This document shows, in pieces, positions 25,164 through 37,927 of a stretch of DNA of 40,964 nucleotides. Position 1 is the stretch's first letter. The number at the start of each line of letters is the position of its first letter. This DNA comes from Octopus sinensis (lineage: Eukaryota). The stretch spans positions 1 through 40,964 of the forward strand of contig NW_021835291.1 of NCBI RefSeq assembly GCF_006345805.1. Reading direction: 5' to 3'. Below the pieces are notes generated by a model. The model saw only the letters and a list, made by a program, of their open reading frames with translations. It was not told the DNA's origin and searched no databases. A program made the position numbers and the translations under genes.

Positions 25164-25680
25164 TATTATTATTATATTATTATTATTATTATCATTAATT
25201 ATCATTATTATTATTATTATTATTCTATTATTATATTATTATTACTATTATCTTATTATTATTAATTATTATTATTACTATTATTATTATCATTATTATT
25301 ATATTATTATTCTATTATTATTATTATTCATTATTATTATTATTATTATATTAATTATTATTCGTTTCTTTTTTTTTGTTTGGGTCTTGTGTTCTTTGTT
25401 GGAATAATTTAATAACTCTGTTCTTCCGCGTACTTTATTTGGTTCCACTTCACTTCTGATATCTTGTACCATTTATGAGGTGCTTAGTTTTGAAATGAAG
25501 CTTCAACTTATTCAGAGCCATTTTTGGTATGATAGGAAATGATAGGATATTTGTTGCTGTGCATTTTCTCATAAGACCAGCGTCCGTGTGTGTATGTGTG
25601 TGTGTGTATGTGTTTATGTGTGTGCGTGTGTGTGTGTGTGTGCGTGCGTGCGTGTGCGTGTATACATACATGCATCCATA

Positions 25681-25712
<32 letters not shown>

Positions 25713-26105
25713 TATATATCTATATATATATTATATATATTATATGTATATTATATGTATATAATATATAATAATATATATATATATTATATATATATAA
25801 ATATATGTATATGTATATAGATATATATATACACATATATATAAATATATGCATATATATATATGTATAATAGATATGAATGTGCAGTGTGTATATGTTT
25901 TATGTGTGTGTATATATATATATTATATATATATATATATATATACATGAGTGTGTATGCGTGTCTACGTCTATATACGTATTTATGCATCAGTTCATAT
26001 CGAATGAATACGCAATGCTCAGGAATATAAAGAACTTCATATAACCTATACCATTCCATATAGACAGAAATATCTTCAACCTCTGGTTAGAGATACAACA
26101 CAAAC

Positions 26106-26146
<41 letters not shown>

Positions 26147-26180
26147 CACATACATACATACACACGCGCGCTTGCTCACG
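23985..26180. repeat. Microsatellite block: (TG)n, (TA)n, (TCTA)n, (ATT)n, (CA)n
   Basis: Directly visible; unique islands at about 24690-25050, 25370-25580 and 25980-26100. Confidence 0.9.
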
Positions 26181-26389
26181 TGCACATACACATATTTATT
26201 AGAAAGTGATTGCTATCAATTTTTTTCTCTCAGTTTTACGTTGTCGATTATTTAAACATTTCCTTTGAGGATCTTTTGGAAACGTGGCAACGTGAAAATC
26301 AAAATAACGGTGCAAGACTCTTCGGCATCTAATAAGAATGGAAGCTGTATTTTAACCCTTTCCCTCTCCTGTGTATCACATGATGCACA

Positions 26390-27029
26390 AGACGTATTTT
26401 TGGGGTTTTCATGCATCGTACATGATGCCCTACCCATCGGAGGTGGTACCTCAGTAGCGTGGCTTCAATGCTGGGGATCTCGGCCCGCTCCAAGACATCA
26501 ATGTTTGTGACGAAGTCACTGCAGTGAATGTTGAGGATGGTTTGGAGACATCGCTGGTAGAAGCGTTCAAGTAGACGGATGTGACTGCGGTAAGTGATCC
26601 AGGTCTCTGAGCCGTAGAGAAGAGTGGTGAGAACCATTGCCCTGTAGACACTGATCTTTGTTTTGTTCTTCAGGCCACCATTGTGCCAAGCACGTTTGTA
26701 CAATCTGCCAAAGACTGCCTCAAGAAGTCTCTAACAGCATGTCAAATTAAGCACCAATGCTGGTCAGACCTGGCTGCGGACCGTGATGTCTGGCGCCACA
26801 CGATCTTCAACGCAGTCAGCAAGTTTGATGAACAAAGAAGAGACGCGCTTAAAGACAAGAGACGTAGGAGTAAGGCGCGAACCGCCTCTGACACCACACC
26901 GGATGTTACCTTCGTCTATGGACACAGCTCACGGACCTGCCTTTCCCATATCGGACTTGTCAGTCATGAGCGTGCATGCACGCGACGTGGATAGCCTTCC
27001 TGATCTTCGTTCGCGAAGCCAAGCAATGC
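26390..27029. mobile_element. RTE/BovB-like LINE 3' fragment with 5' inversion (26390-26708 minus, 26709-27029 plus) and 13-bp TSD
   Basis: Minus part: TKISVYRAMVLTTLLYGSETW...LRWVGH. Plus part: KDCLKKSL...CLSHIGLVSHERAC and a short 3' UTR. Flanks CACATGATGCACA (26377-26389) and CACATGTTGCACA (27030-27042). Confidence 0.88.
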
Positions 27030-27469
27030 CACATGTTGCACATTCTCCGCTTTCTTCAGCCAGCAGAGTAACTCGTAGCTTATGAAAATAAAGCTTTATA
27101 TTAGTCAGGATGTGTGAAACAAGGGCTAAGTAAAAAACCTGTAAACAAGCTAATGAAAATTCTTTGGCCTGGCAAAAGATCAAGGGTTGATGAAACCTCA
27201 GTTTTAGTTTAACCGTTTGCCTGTCCTGTTTATCACATATGATTCACAGGATATATTTACCTGTTGTCCTTGCATCATATCTGATACGGGTGCTTCGTTT
27301 CTTCAACCATTAGAGTAACTTAGGACTTATAAAAGTAAAGCTTTATATTACTCAGAACCTATGAAACAAGCGCTAAGTTTTGAGAATCAAATGCTTGTTT
27401 TGAATCTCCATGCTTGTTTTGAGACTCAAAACAAGCTTGGACGTTTAGGACAAACTTATGAAAAGGATT

Positions 27470-27800
27470 AGGCGCATGGCTCCGTGGTTAGAGCGTTGGA
27501 CTCACAATCATGAGGTGGTGAGCTCGATTCCCGGACTGGGCTGTGTGTTGTGCTCTTGAGTAAGACACTATATTTCACGATGTTCCAATTCCCTCAGCTG
27601 TAGAAATGCTTTGCGACATCACTGGTGCCAAGCTGTATCGGTCTTCATCTTAACCTTGGATAACATCGGTGGCGTTGAGATGGGAGGCTGGTATGCATGG
27701 GCGATGGTTGGTCTTCTATAAACAAACTTGCCCAGACTTGTGCTTCGGGGACGAATTCTCTAAGTGCAATCCCATGGTCATTCATGACCGAAGAGAGACT
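27470..27800 (+). mobile_element. Family C SINE with degenerate TSD
   Basis: Homologous to 19580-19903; flanks TTATGAAAAGGATT (27456-27469) and TTATGAAAATGACT (27801-27814). Confidence 0.85.
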
Positions 27801-28059
27801 TTATGAAAATGACTTGGAAAGGCAAAGGGCTAAGTATTAAGTACCTTTTCTTCGTTTATAAACACAAATATTTACTAAACCTTGTATGTGTGGGCGAGTA
27901 TGCGTATCTGTGTCTGTGTGTGGCTTGTGCTTGGGTTAATTTCCTTCTCTATCTAGCTCTGCAAGATCTACTTTCACTTTCAATGTCTCCAAACAACTAA
28001 TTCGATCTCTCGTCCTCTGAAGCCGTCTCTCCTTTTGCCTCTCTCTCTCTTTATCTTTG

Positions 28060-29604
28060 CCTCATTCTCCCTGTATTTGTGTGTGTGCTGAAACACACTT
28101 GTATAGCATACACTTACAAATGCTCTGTGAGGAGTATTTGTGAGTGTATACATCATACACACGTACACATATATATACACACATACACGCATACCTACAC
28201 ATATAGGCATAGGTAACATCCACATACACACACACATTTACACATCTTATACACACAATTTACACATTCAAGCCCACATGTATACACGTTCATATCTATT
28301 CATACACATATACACATACGTATTTACACATACACATTCACTGCCACACACATTTACACATACATGTACATAGACATACACACATAGATTTCATACTCAT
28401 ACACATATACACACAACCTTCCACATTCATACATACACACATACGCATACTTACAGTACTCATATATATTCATATAGAAATGCCCATACATTTACACGTA
28501 CACATATACATATGCTGCACATTTACAAGTGCATCACACTACACATTTATACCGATATCACTTGGAGCAGTTCAAAGACACAAGGGCAATAATACTCTAT
28601 CAGAAACAGGCCTCAAAACGGATGTATCGCTTAAACATCTTCAACCAATCACTAAAGATTGTCATTTATTATTTTTTTTTGTCTGATTCATTATAACTAG
28701 TTTCCAAAATGGCCGACTGGTGCTTCCCACGAGGAGTCTTTATCGACTGCTTTCATTTTCACTTTTTTTTTATTATTCGTAGAATTCTTCTTCTTCTTCT
28801 TCTTCTTCTTCTTCTTCTTTTTCTTCTCCTCCTCTTCTTCCTCCTTCTTCTTCTTCTTCTTCTTCTTCTTCTTCTTCTTCCCTTTCTTCAAGTTATCCAT
28901 CTACTACTACGACTACTACCACTTCTACTACTGATACTACTACACCAACAACAACTACTACTACTATTACCACCACCACCACCCCACCACCACCACCACC
29001 ACCACCACCATTACCACTACTTCTCTCTCCTCTCTTTTTCTTCCCTAACCTCTACTTTTTCCTCTTTTGCACTATCGTTGCTTTCTATCGTTTCTTCTTC
29101 TGCTTTCTTCCTCTTCTCTCTTCCTCTCTTTCTTTCTCCCTTCTCTTTCCTCCTTCTTCTTCTTCTCTCCTTTCCCCTACTCTTCTTCTCTCTCTCTTCT
29201 TCCTTCTTCTTTCTCTCTTCTCCTTCTTTTCTCCCCCTCCTCTTTATTTCATACAATTTCTATTCTTTTCGCTTTATTTTTATTTCGTTGCGTGTGTGTG
29301 TGTGTGTTGAGTTATGTTGCATGTCTATGTATGTGTGTGTGCGTGTGTCTTTTGTTATGTCGTGTGTAAGGGTGTGTGTTTGTGTGCGTGTGCGTGTGTT
29401 TCTGTGTGTGTGTGTGTGTGTGAATTATGTTTGTGTGTTTTGGTTCCTTTCATCTCCCAACAGGATGTGTTGTCAATTTTGGTTCAGTTTGTTGTTGCAA
29501 TGAAATCTTTCATTGACCTGTATGTACTCTTTACAGACGATGCAAATAATAATAATAATATTAATAATAATGATAATAATAATGATAATGATAATAATAA
29601 TAAC

Positions 29605-29640
<36 letters not shown>

Positions 29641-29754
29641 GATAGTAATAATAATGATAATAATAACAATAATAATAATAATAATAATAATAATATTAAT
29701 AACAATAATAATAATAATAATAATGATAATAATAATAACGATAATAATAATAAC

Positions 29755-29798
<44 letters not shown>

Positions 29799-30134
29799 TG
29801 ATGATGGTGATGATGATGATGATTTTTTTAAATTTGCCATAGGGGCATCAATGAGGGGACATTACAAGGAGGTTTACAATTTGTTTTGTGGTTTGCGTTA
29901 AAGATTAAGAGAAAGAAATAGAAAGGATGATGAAATGAATAAAGAAGAAGAAGAAGAAGAAGAGAAGAAGAAGAAAAGAAGAAGAAGAAGAAGAAGAGAA
30001 GAAGAAGAAGAAGAAGGAGAAGAAGAAGAAGAAGGAGAAGGAGAAGAAGAAGAAGGAGAAGAAGAAGAAGAAGAAGAAGAAGAAGAAGAAGGAGAAGAAG
30101 AAGGAGAAGAATGTAAGGATTCTGGTGATGGCGG

Positions 30135-30165
<31 letters not shown>

Positions 30166-30343
30166 AACGGTGAGAACGACGACGACGATGAAGGTGAAGA
30201 TGGCGATGATTATGATAATGATGATGAGGTTGATGATGATGATAGGTTTTTTAACAGATAGTAGTAGTAGTAGTAGTAGTAATGATAGCAATAGTAATAT
30301 TATTGTTAACTTTAATTTTTTTCCATTATTATTATTATTATTA

Positions 30344-30391
<48 letters not shown>

Positions 30392-30482
30392 CATTATTAT
30401 CATCATTATCATTATTACTATTTCTGTTTTTATTAAAGATAATTACGCCTTCTTTCTCTCTCCTCTCTCCTCTATCTCCACC

Positions 30483-30514
<32 letters not shown>

Positions 30515-30658
30515 CCCTCTGAGTGTATTTTAATATTGTAGATTATTGATTAAAGCAGAAGTTCGAATTCAACACTGATTTTAACACCTTACGAAACGAA
30601 TCAACTTCTCCCATCCCAACGCCATCTTTCCTCCTTTCATTGATTTCCTCCTTCCTTT

Positions 30659-30689
<31 letters not shown>

Positions 30690-30919
30690 GTTTTCTTTCA
30701 GTCTTTATTTTAATTTTTATTTTTATTTTATCTTTCTTTCTTTCTATTACCATTTTCTTCTCTATTCCATCTCTTTTATACATATTCTTCCTTTCATCCA
30801 TTTGTCAGTTCTAGTGCTTTTTTTTTTTCCCCTTCATCTTTTTTTTTTCATTCTCGTATTTGTGGTCTGAATTCTTCTTCATTTAATCTCCTCTACTCTT
30901 TAAATATACATATACAGAA

Positions 30920-30979
<60 letters not shown>

Positions 30980-30982
30980 GAT

Positions 30983-31035
<53 letters not shown>

Positions 31036-31525
31036 ATATATTCACGCACATACATATACGTATTATATAATATATATATAACATACATATATATATACAT
31101 ATATATATATACATATATATATATATTTATATATACATATATTATATGTATATATGTATGTATATATATATGTATAGATATATATACATATATATATGTG
31201 TGTGTATATATTTATAGATACGTGTATACGTGTATATGTGTATGCATGTGTGTTTCTGTATACATATATATGTTTGCGTGTGCTTGTGTGATACCGATTT
31301 TAAAATTTACGTGCCCTCTTTTTCCCCCCCTCTCTTAACGTCTGTCTATCACTGTGTCTGGCATTCACTCTGTTTATCTACATATCGATCGATCGATCTT
31401 AATATACCTATCGACATGTATGTACATGCGCGCGTCTATATATGTGTGTGTGTGTGAGAGAGAGTGAGAGTGTGTGTGTGTGTGAGTGTGTGGGGAAATG
31501 AACATGTGTATGCATGCATGTTTGA

Positions 31526-31572
<47 letters not shown>

Positions 31573-31579
31573 TTCTGAA

Positions 31580-31610
<31 letters not shown>

Positions 31611-31872
31611 GTATAGATAGATGGATATATTTATATATCAATATACCCCTCTCTCTGTCTCCCCCCTGATTCTTTTCTCTCTCTCTTTATACATATATAT
31701 ATATATATATGTGTGTATGTGTGTGTGTTTATGTATATATGCATGCATACATATATATACATACATACACTCACTCTCACACACACACACGAGCGCACAG
31801 ACACATATAAGGGAGTAAAATGACGTAGACAGACAGACATACAGATAGACAGACAGACAGACAGAAGGAAAT

Positions 31873-31945
<73 letters not shown>

Positions 31946-31950
31946 CAAGC
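28060..31950. repeat. Large compound simple-repeat region: (CA/TA)n, (CTT)n, (CTA)n, (CCA)n, (TG)n, (AAT)n, (GAA)n, (GAT)n, (TAG)n, (TTA)n, (CT)n, (GATA)n
   Basis: Directly visible; produces the poly-L/I/N/E/D ORFs in the track. Confidence 0.92.
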
Positions 31951-32857
31951 AGACAGCGTAGATAGCATTAGCACGTGCTTCACCAGGGTCATCTGGGTCC
32001 AACAACAACATCCGCTTGAAGCCAAGTTTAAAAATATTCCTATAACATCAATAAACCCCTTTACACGTACGTTTGTGAACGTGCATTAAGTTGTTTAAAT
32101 GATTCTCCCGGAAAGAGCAACACGCCATTATCACATGACGTTGTAATAGCAAAGATCTGTTGGTCGACTGAACGTACCCAAACAACTCCGATGATGGTAT
32201 AATAGATATACAAGCGATAAAAAAAAAATAAAGAGGGAGAGCGGTCGTTGAGTAAATAGCTAAGTTTTCATCAAAGGGAAACGGGATTCCTTTTAAAGTA
32301 ATTGGTATTAAATCGAATCTCTACGTCCTTATTGATAATTTATGATGTGACGTTTAGGTATAAGATGAGAGGGTTTATAAGTGGCCTTTAATCAACCTGC
32401 TAGAAGTAGCAGGTAAAGAACTGCCTTCAGATCATACCCTATTATTTTAATAGGAGGAAGGATTGTATTGCAGTAATGTGGACTTAAGGGCTGTATGTCT
32501 TGAAAAATATAGGGGATGATTATGGTTTGAATGTCGTTGATGATTACTGATAAGATTAATCTTGGTTAATGCACAGGTAAACAGCAGCAGCTACTGTCAC
32601 CGCCGCCCCACCAACGCCCTCTGCAGTAGCCGTGCATTTGAAGCGATTCTACGTTGCCGTCGCTGGACTTATTTGATGTATCAACCAAATTTTCGTTTAA
32701 GCACATCCTCAAATTTCATGGGCGGGGTGGGATGGAGGAATAGCAGTACTGTATAAATTAAGGTAATTTGGTCGTATATACCCTGCCTAAAGTAGTTCAG
32801 GTGATCAGATTCGAATGTCACTTGGGCGCTGAACAGCAAGTTGAACAACAACAACAA

Positions 32858-33235
32858 GGAGGCGCAATGGCCCAGTGGTTAGGGCAGCGGACTCGCGGTC
32901 GGAGGATCGTGGTTTCAATTACCAGACCGAACGTTGTGTGTGTTTATTGAGCGAAAACACCTAAAGCTCCACGAGGCTCCGGCATGGGGTGGTGGCGACC
33001 CCTGTTGTACTCTTTCGCTCCAGCTTTCTCTCACTCTTTCTTCCTGTTTCTTGTCCCCGACTTCCTACACAACCGCTGAGCCTGGATGCGCATTCATCAA
33101 TACGTCGATACTCTTGGTGTCGTGGGTTGACCTGCTTTCTCTTCTGCGGGTCTTACGAATAGCAAAGAACCACGTTTCGGACTTCTCCCACTCTGGGACG
33201 AAGACCGCTTCGCTCAACAAAACAAAACAAAACAA
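32858..33235 (+). mobile_element. Family B SINE, tail type 2, ending in (CAAAA)n and inserted in (CAA)n
   Basis: Head and body match 14707-14900; a different 3' module starts after CTGTTTCTTG; (AAC)n on both flanks. Confidence 0.85.
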
Positions 33236-33902
33236 CAACAACAACAACAAAATAGTCTACACAATAGAACTTAATCTTTAGTGGGTTTCAATTTTTGGAT
33301 GTCCTGCTAAATGATAATCGGTTTCATCGCTCGTTCTAACTGCAACAACTCTACACTTTGCACTTACATCCCCACTGTCCTAATTAACCTTTCTGTCTCT
33401 GATACTCAAAACTTCACCTGCACCAGTCTCCACCTCCTTTCTTGTTGATCCTGTCATTTCAAATCGTTGATGACCGAACAAATCCGGTTCTGTCCTGTTC
33501 AACACTCACAAAAATAATAATAATAAAGGTTGGGTTTTGTCTTAGCTTGCCTGACTGTTTTGGCTGGCCACCTCTTTCTCTCTATACCCTCATTTATACC
33601 AGATCAATGAAATCAATACTTGAACATTGAAGTCAATAGCCATTTACCACGAATTAGCTGCATCTTTGAAATTTACGAGACGAATCTGACCTCGTGTAGG
33701 CAGGTAGAAATTAGTTCGCTTTTGTTTATGATTGGAGTAGGGCGGCTGATGACGTACAGTTTTCTTATAAGACAAATTCTACACAACTTTGTCCATTCCT
33801 AAATCCTGGCACTTTGTTTTAATATCACTCATCTAATATAAATTGATCGTATCGTCTTTGTCTCTCAATTTTCTAATATGTAGTGGGACTGCTGTGATAA
33901 TA

Positions 33903-34158
33903 GAGGCGTGCGGCTTAGTGGTGAGGGTGTTGGACACATGACCGTAAGATTGTGGTTTCGATTCCTAAACCGGGCGATGCGTTGTGTTCTTGAGCAAAAC
34001 ACTTCACTTCACGTTGCTCCAGTCCACTCAGCAGGCAAAAAGGAGTAATCCTGTGAGGGACTGGCGTCCCATCCAGGTGGGGAGTATATATACGCCATAG
34101 AAACCTGGAAACCCGCCCTTGTGAATCAGTATAACTCAAGAAGGTAACGTCACCTTTG
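33903..34158 (+). mobile_element. Family D SINE (family C-like body, family B type-1-like tail)
   Basis: tRNA-like head with GGTTTCGATTCC; TTGAGCAAAACACTT...CACTCAGC shared with family C; GGACTGGCGTCCCATCCAG...CATAGAAACC shared with the tail of 14707-15034. Confidence 0.75.
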
Positions 34159-34694
34159 TCTATATTACTGTTGTGTTATTCTTAAGATGAGGATGACGAA
34201 TTGTGCTCCTGTTTTGTGGAATGTCAGAGAACAGCCACAGTCCTGGGTAAGCTACATATTCTTTGCCCCTGTGGGGGATAGTTCACTGCCACAGATATGA
34301 ACCACGACACCAAGATTATTTTATCCTTACTTCAGTGTTGTCGCTTATGTAGCACGCAGTCTTATCAGCGAGACAGAAATGTTTGATTAGCTCAAGGTTT
34401 GCTTTTTAAATGAAGAGCTGCGCGCAATTCAACCTGTCTCTTCCGTTCTCAGACAATATGCCCAACAGAAAGATAAATTCAGTACGACTGTGCCTGTACT
34501 GGAAAGCAAGGGTTTCCCAAAATACTGAAGGGATCTCCAGACCTCAAAGTACCGTGTGTCTTGGTGTGAGTGGAAGACTTAAAACCTCACGCCATATGTT
34601 TGCCCTGCATCGCTATTTCTAGCCTTGCCATTTGCACATGTCACACCCACAAGCCTACTTGGGCCAACTTCGAAGTTATGAATTTCAACGTTCT

Positions 34695-35044
34695 TATTCT
34701 TCTTCTTTTATTTTCTTGCTTATCTTCTTCTTATCTTCTTAGGGCTTTCTTCTTCTTTTCTTTCTTCTTCTTCTTCTTCTTATTCTTCTTCTTCTCTTCT
34801 CTTCTCTTCTTCTCTTCTTGCTTCTCTTCTTTTCCCTTTCGTCAAGTTCTCATCTACTACTACAACTACTACCACAACTAACTACTACTACTACTACTGC
34901 TACTACTACTACTACTACTAACACTACTACTACTACTGCTACTTACTACTAATGCTGCTGCTGCTGCTGCTGCTGTGGCTGATACTACTACTACTACTAC
35001 TACTACTGTTGCTGCTGCTGTTGCTGTTGCTACTACTATTTCTT

Positions 35045-35126
<82 letters not shown>

Positions 35127-35140
35127 TATCATTATTATTA
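34695..35140. repeat. (CTT)n/(CTA)n/(GCT)n/(ATT)n tract
   Basis: Directly visible. Confidence 0.95.
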
Positions 35141-35455
35141 TTCGTGCCTTCATCTCAATGGAAAGCGAATATATCGCTAATCATAATGACATACATATTA
35201 AATCTGCATATATACGCATTATTGGATGGTCATTAACTCGTTTCAGCTCATCCACCCTTCCCGAATTAAGCTGGATAGAAATGCTTCATAAATAGCCGAC
35301 AACCCGACCATGCACAACATGTTGAACTGGATTTCATGTTAACAACAGCAATTTCAGTCAATGTAACATAATAGAATAGGAGCAGAATTTAGGTTAGTTG
35401 AAATATGTTTGTCACATATTTCAACTGCTAAAGGCAAATACACTGCAGGATGTTC

Positions 35456-36611
35456 CTTATTTCTTTACTACCCACAAGGGGCTAAACACAGAGGGGACAA
35501 ACAAGGACAGACAAACGGATTAAGTCGATTATATCGACCCCAGTGCGTAACTGGTACTAAATTTATCGACCCCGAAAGGATGAAAGGCAAAGTCGACCTC
35601 GGCGGAATTTGACCTCAGAAGGTAACGGCAGACGAAATACCTATTTCTTTACTACCCAAAAGGGGCTAAACACAGAGGGGACAAACAAGGGCAGACAAAC
35701 GGATTAAGTTGATTATATCGACCCCAGCGCGTAACTGGTACTTAATTTATCGACCCCGAAAGGATGAAAGGCAAAGTCGACCTCGGCGGAATTTGACCTC
35801 AGAAGGTAACGGCAGACGAAATACCTATTTCTTTACTACCCAAAAGGGGCTAAATACAGAGGGGACAAACAAGGACAGACAAACGGATTAAGTTGATTAT
35901 ATCGACCCCAGTGCGTAACTGGTACTTAATTTATCGACCCCAAAAGGATGAAAGGCAAAGTCGACCTCGGCGGTATTTGACCTCAGAACGTAACGGCAGA
36001 CGAAATGCCTATTTCTTTACTACCCACAAGGGGCTAAACACAGAGGGGACAAACAAGGACAGACAAACGGATTAAGTCGATTATATCGACCCCAGTGCGT
36101 AACTGGTACTAAATTTATCGACCCCGAAAGGATAAAAGGCAAAGTCGACCTCGGCGGAATTTGACCTCAGAAGGTAACGGCAGACGAAATACCTATTTCT
36201 TTATTACCCACAAGGGGCTAAACACAGAGGGGACAAACAAGGGCAGACAAACGGATTAAGTTGATTATATCGACCGCAGTGCGTAACTGGTACTTAATTT
36301 ATCGACTCCGAAAGGATGAAAGGCAAAGTCGACCTCGGCGGAATTTGACATCAGAAGGTAACGGCAGACGAAATACCTATTTCTTTACTACCCAAAAGGG
36401 GCTAAACACAGAGGGGACAAACAAGGGCAGACAAACGGATTAAGTTGATTATATCGACCCCAGTGCGTAACTGGTACTTAATTTATCGATCCCGAAAGGA
36501 TGAAAGGCAAAGTCGACCTCGGCGGAATTTGAACTCACAACGCAACGGCAGACTAAACACAGCTATTTCGCCCGGCGTGCTAACGTTTCTGCCAGCTCAC
36601 CGCCTTCCCGC
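35456..36611 (-). mobile_element. Family M SINE head followed by six tandem 184-bp units
   Basis: Unit starts at 35456, 35640, 35824, 36008, 36192 and 36376 (exact 184-bp spacing); a single tRNA-like head at about 36560-36611. Confidence 0.92.
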
Positions 36612-36900
36612 CTGCTATATAATGTTGCTAAACAAAAATGTCAGGAATGAGAGATAACGATCTTAGAATTGGAGGAAGGAAGTACTACATTACATAAACC
36701 GGAAGTAATTGTGTTAAAACCATTAATACATATAATAGGAAAATAATGGAATATTCTTCACCGACATGAAAAGAAGAAAAGAAAAGAAAAGAAAAGAAAA
36801 GAAAGAGGCAACTAACGACCACCCAAACACACCCACACGCACACTCCCAAGCACACACACATACGCGCACGCACACAGATACACACACACACACGCGCGC

Positions 36901-37865
36901 AGGTGCAGGTGTGGCAGTGTGCAAAGACGCTTGCTCCCCAGTCACATGGTTCCGGGTTCAGTCCCACTGCGTGGCACCTTGGGTAAATGCCTTCTACTAT
37001 AACCTCGGGCCACCCAAACCCTTGTGAGTGGAATTCGATTGACGGAAACTGAAAGAATCCCATCACACACGCACACTCACATACACACGCGCACACACAT
37101 ACACACTCACACACTTACACACCTATATGTATGTTTGTATGTATGCATGTATGTACGTATGTTTGTATGTATATGTTTGTATGTACTTTGTATGTTTTTA
37201 TGTATGTTTGTATGTATGTACGCATGTTTATATACTCTCTCTCTCTCTCTTACTTGTTTCAGTCATGTGACTGCGGCCATGCTGGAGCACCGCCTTTAGT
37301 CGAGCAAATCAACCCCAGGACTTATTCTTTGTGAGCCTAGTACTTATTCTATCGGTCTTTTTTGCCGAACCGGTAATGTTACGAGGACGTAAACACACCA
37401 GCATCGGTTGTCAAGCGATGTTGGGGGACAAACACAGACACACAAAAACACACACACACACATATACATATATACATATATACGACGGGCTTCTTTCAGT
37501 TTCCGTCTACTAAATCCACTCACAAGGCTTTGGTCGGCCCGAGGCTATAGTAGAAGACACTTGCCCAAGGTGCCACACAGTGGGACTGAACCCGGAATCA
37601 TGTGATTGGTAAGCAAGCTACTTACCACACAGCCATCCCTACGCCTATATACGTATGTATGTTTGTATATATCGATGTCTGTCTTTCCATTTGTGTTTGC
37701 CCGCCGCCATCACCACTTGGCAACTACTGTTGGTTAGTTTACCTCTCAGTAACCAAACGGTGTGGCAAAATGGACCAATAGAATATGAAGCAGTTTTGTT
37801 TTTAAATAAGTATTTAGTTGATTTATCCAACTAAGCTCCTTGAGGTAGTGCTCCAGCATGGCCGA
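36901..37865 (+). mobile_element. Older family A SINE split in two (5' half about 36901-37065, 3' half about 37690-37865) by a nested insertion
   Basis: The 5' half has the head and GACGGAAACTGAAAGAA. The diverged 3' half ends GTAGTGCTCCAGCATGGCC. The internal microsatellite continues on both sides of the nested copy. Confidence 0.7.
37234..37645 (-). mobile_element. Family A SINE, full length, nested in the microsatellite of an older copy
   Basis: Reverse complement of the family A sequence. Confidence 0.9.
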
Positions 37866-37927
37866 TGTCCAATAAAAGATTCATACATATGCATAGATAT
37901 ATACATTCATATGTGTGTGTGTGTGAA

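Noticed and set aside
28690-28760. AAAATGGCCGAC Kozak-like start of a 264-aa ORF
   Set aside because: Only about 20 non-repetitive codons precede (CTT)n-derived poly-Leu; no donor site or domain.
29935-30261. 108-aa acidic poly-E/D ORF starting with ATG
   Set aside because: Entirely (GAA)n and (GAT)n repeats within a compound microsatellite; no splice or homology support.
31975-32030. GC-richer island giving MLLLDPDDPGEARANAI on the minus strand
   Set aside because: Weak splice signals, and the ORF runs on into (TCTA)n; no family recognised.
35456-36559. Regular array that could be mistaken for CRISPR, and repeated MIISTP...RKDERQSRPRR ORFs
   Set aside because: Contiguous 184-bp units with no unique spacers and no cas genes, in a eukaryotic context. 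The ORFs are the antisense of a SINE. I found no CUGANGA/GAAA hammerhead core in the unit.
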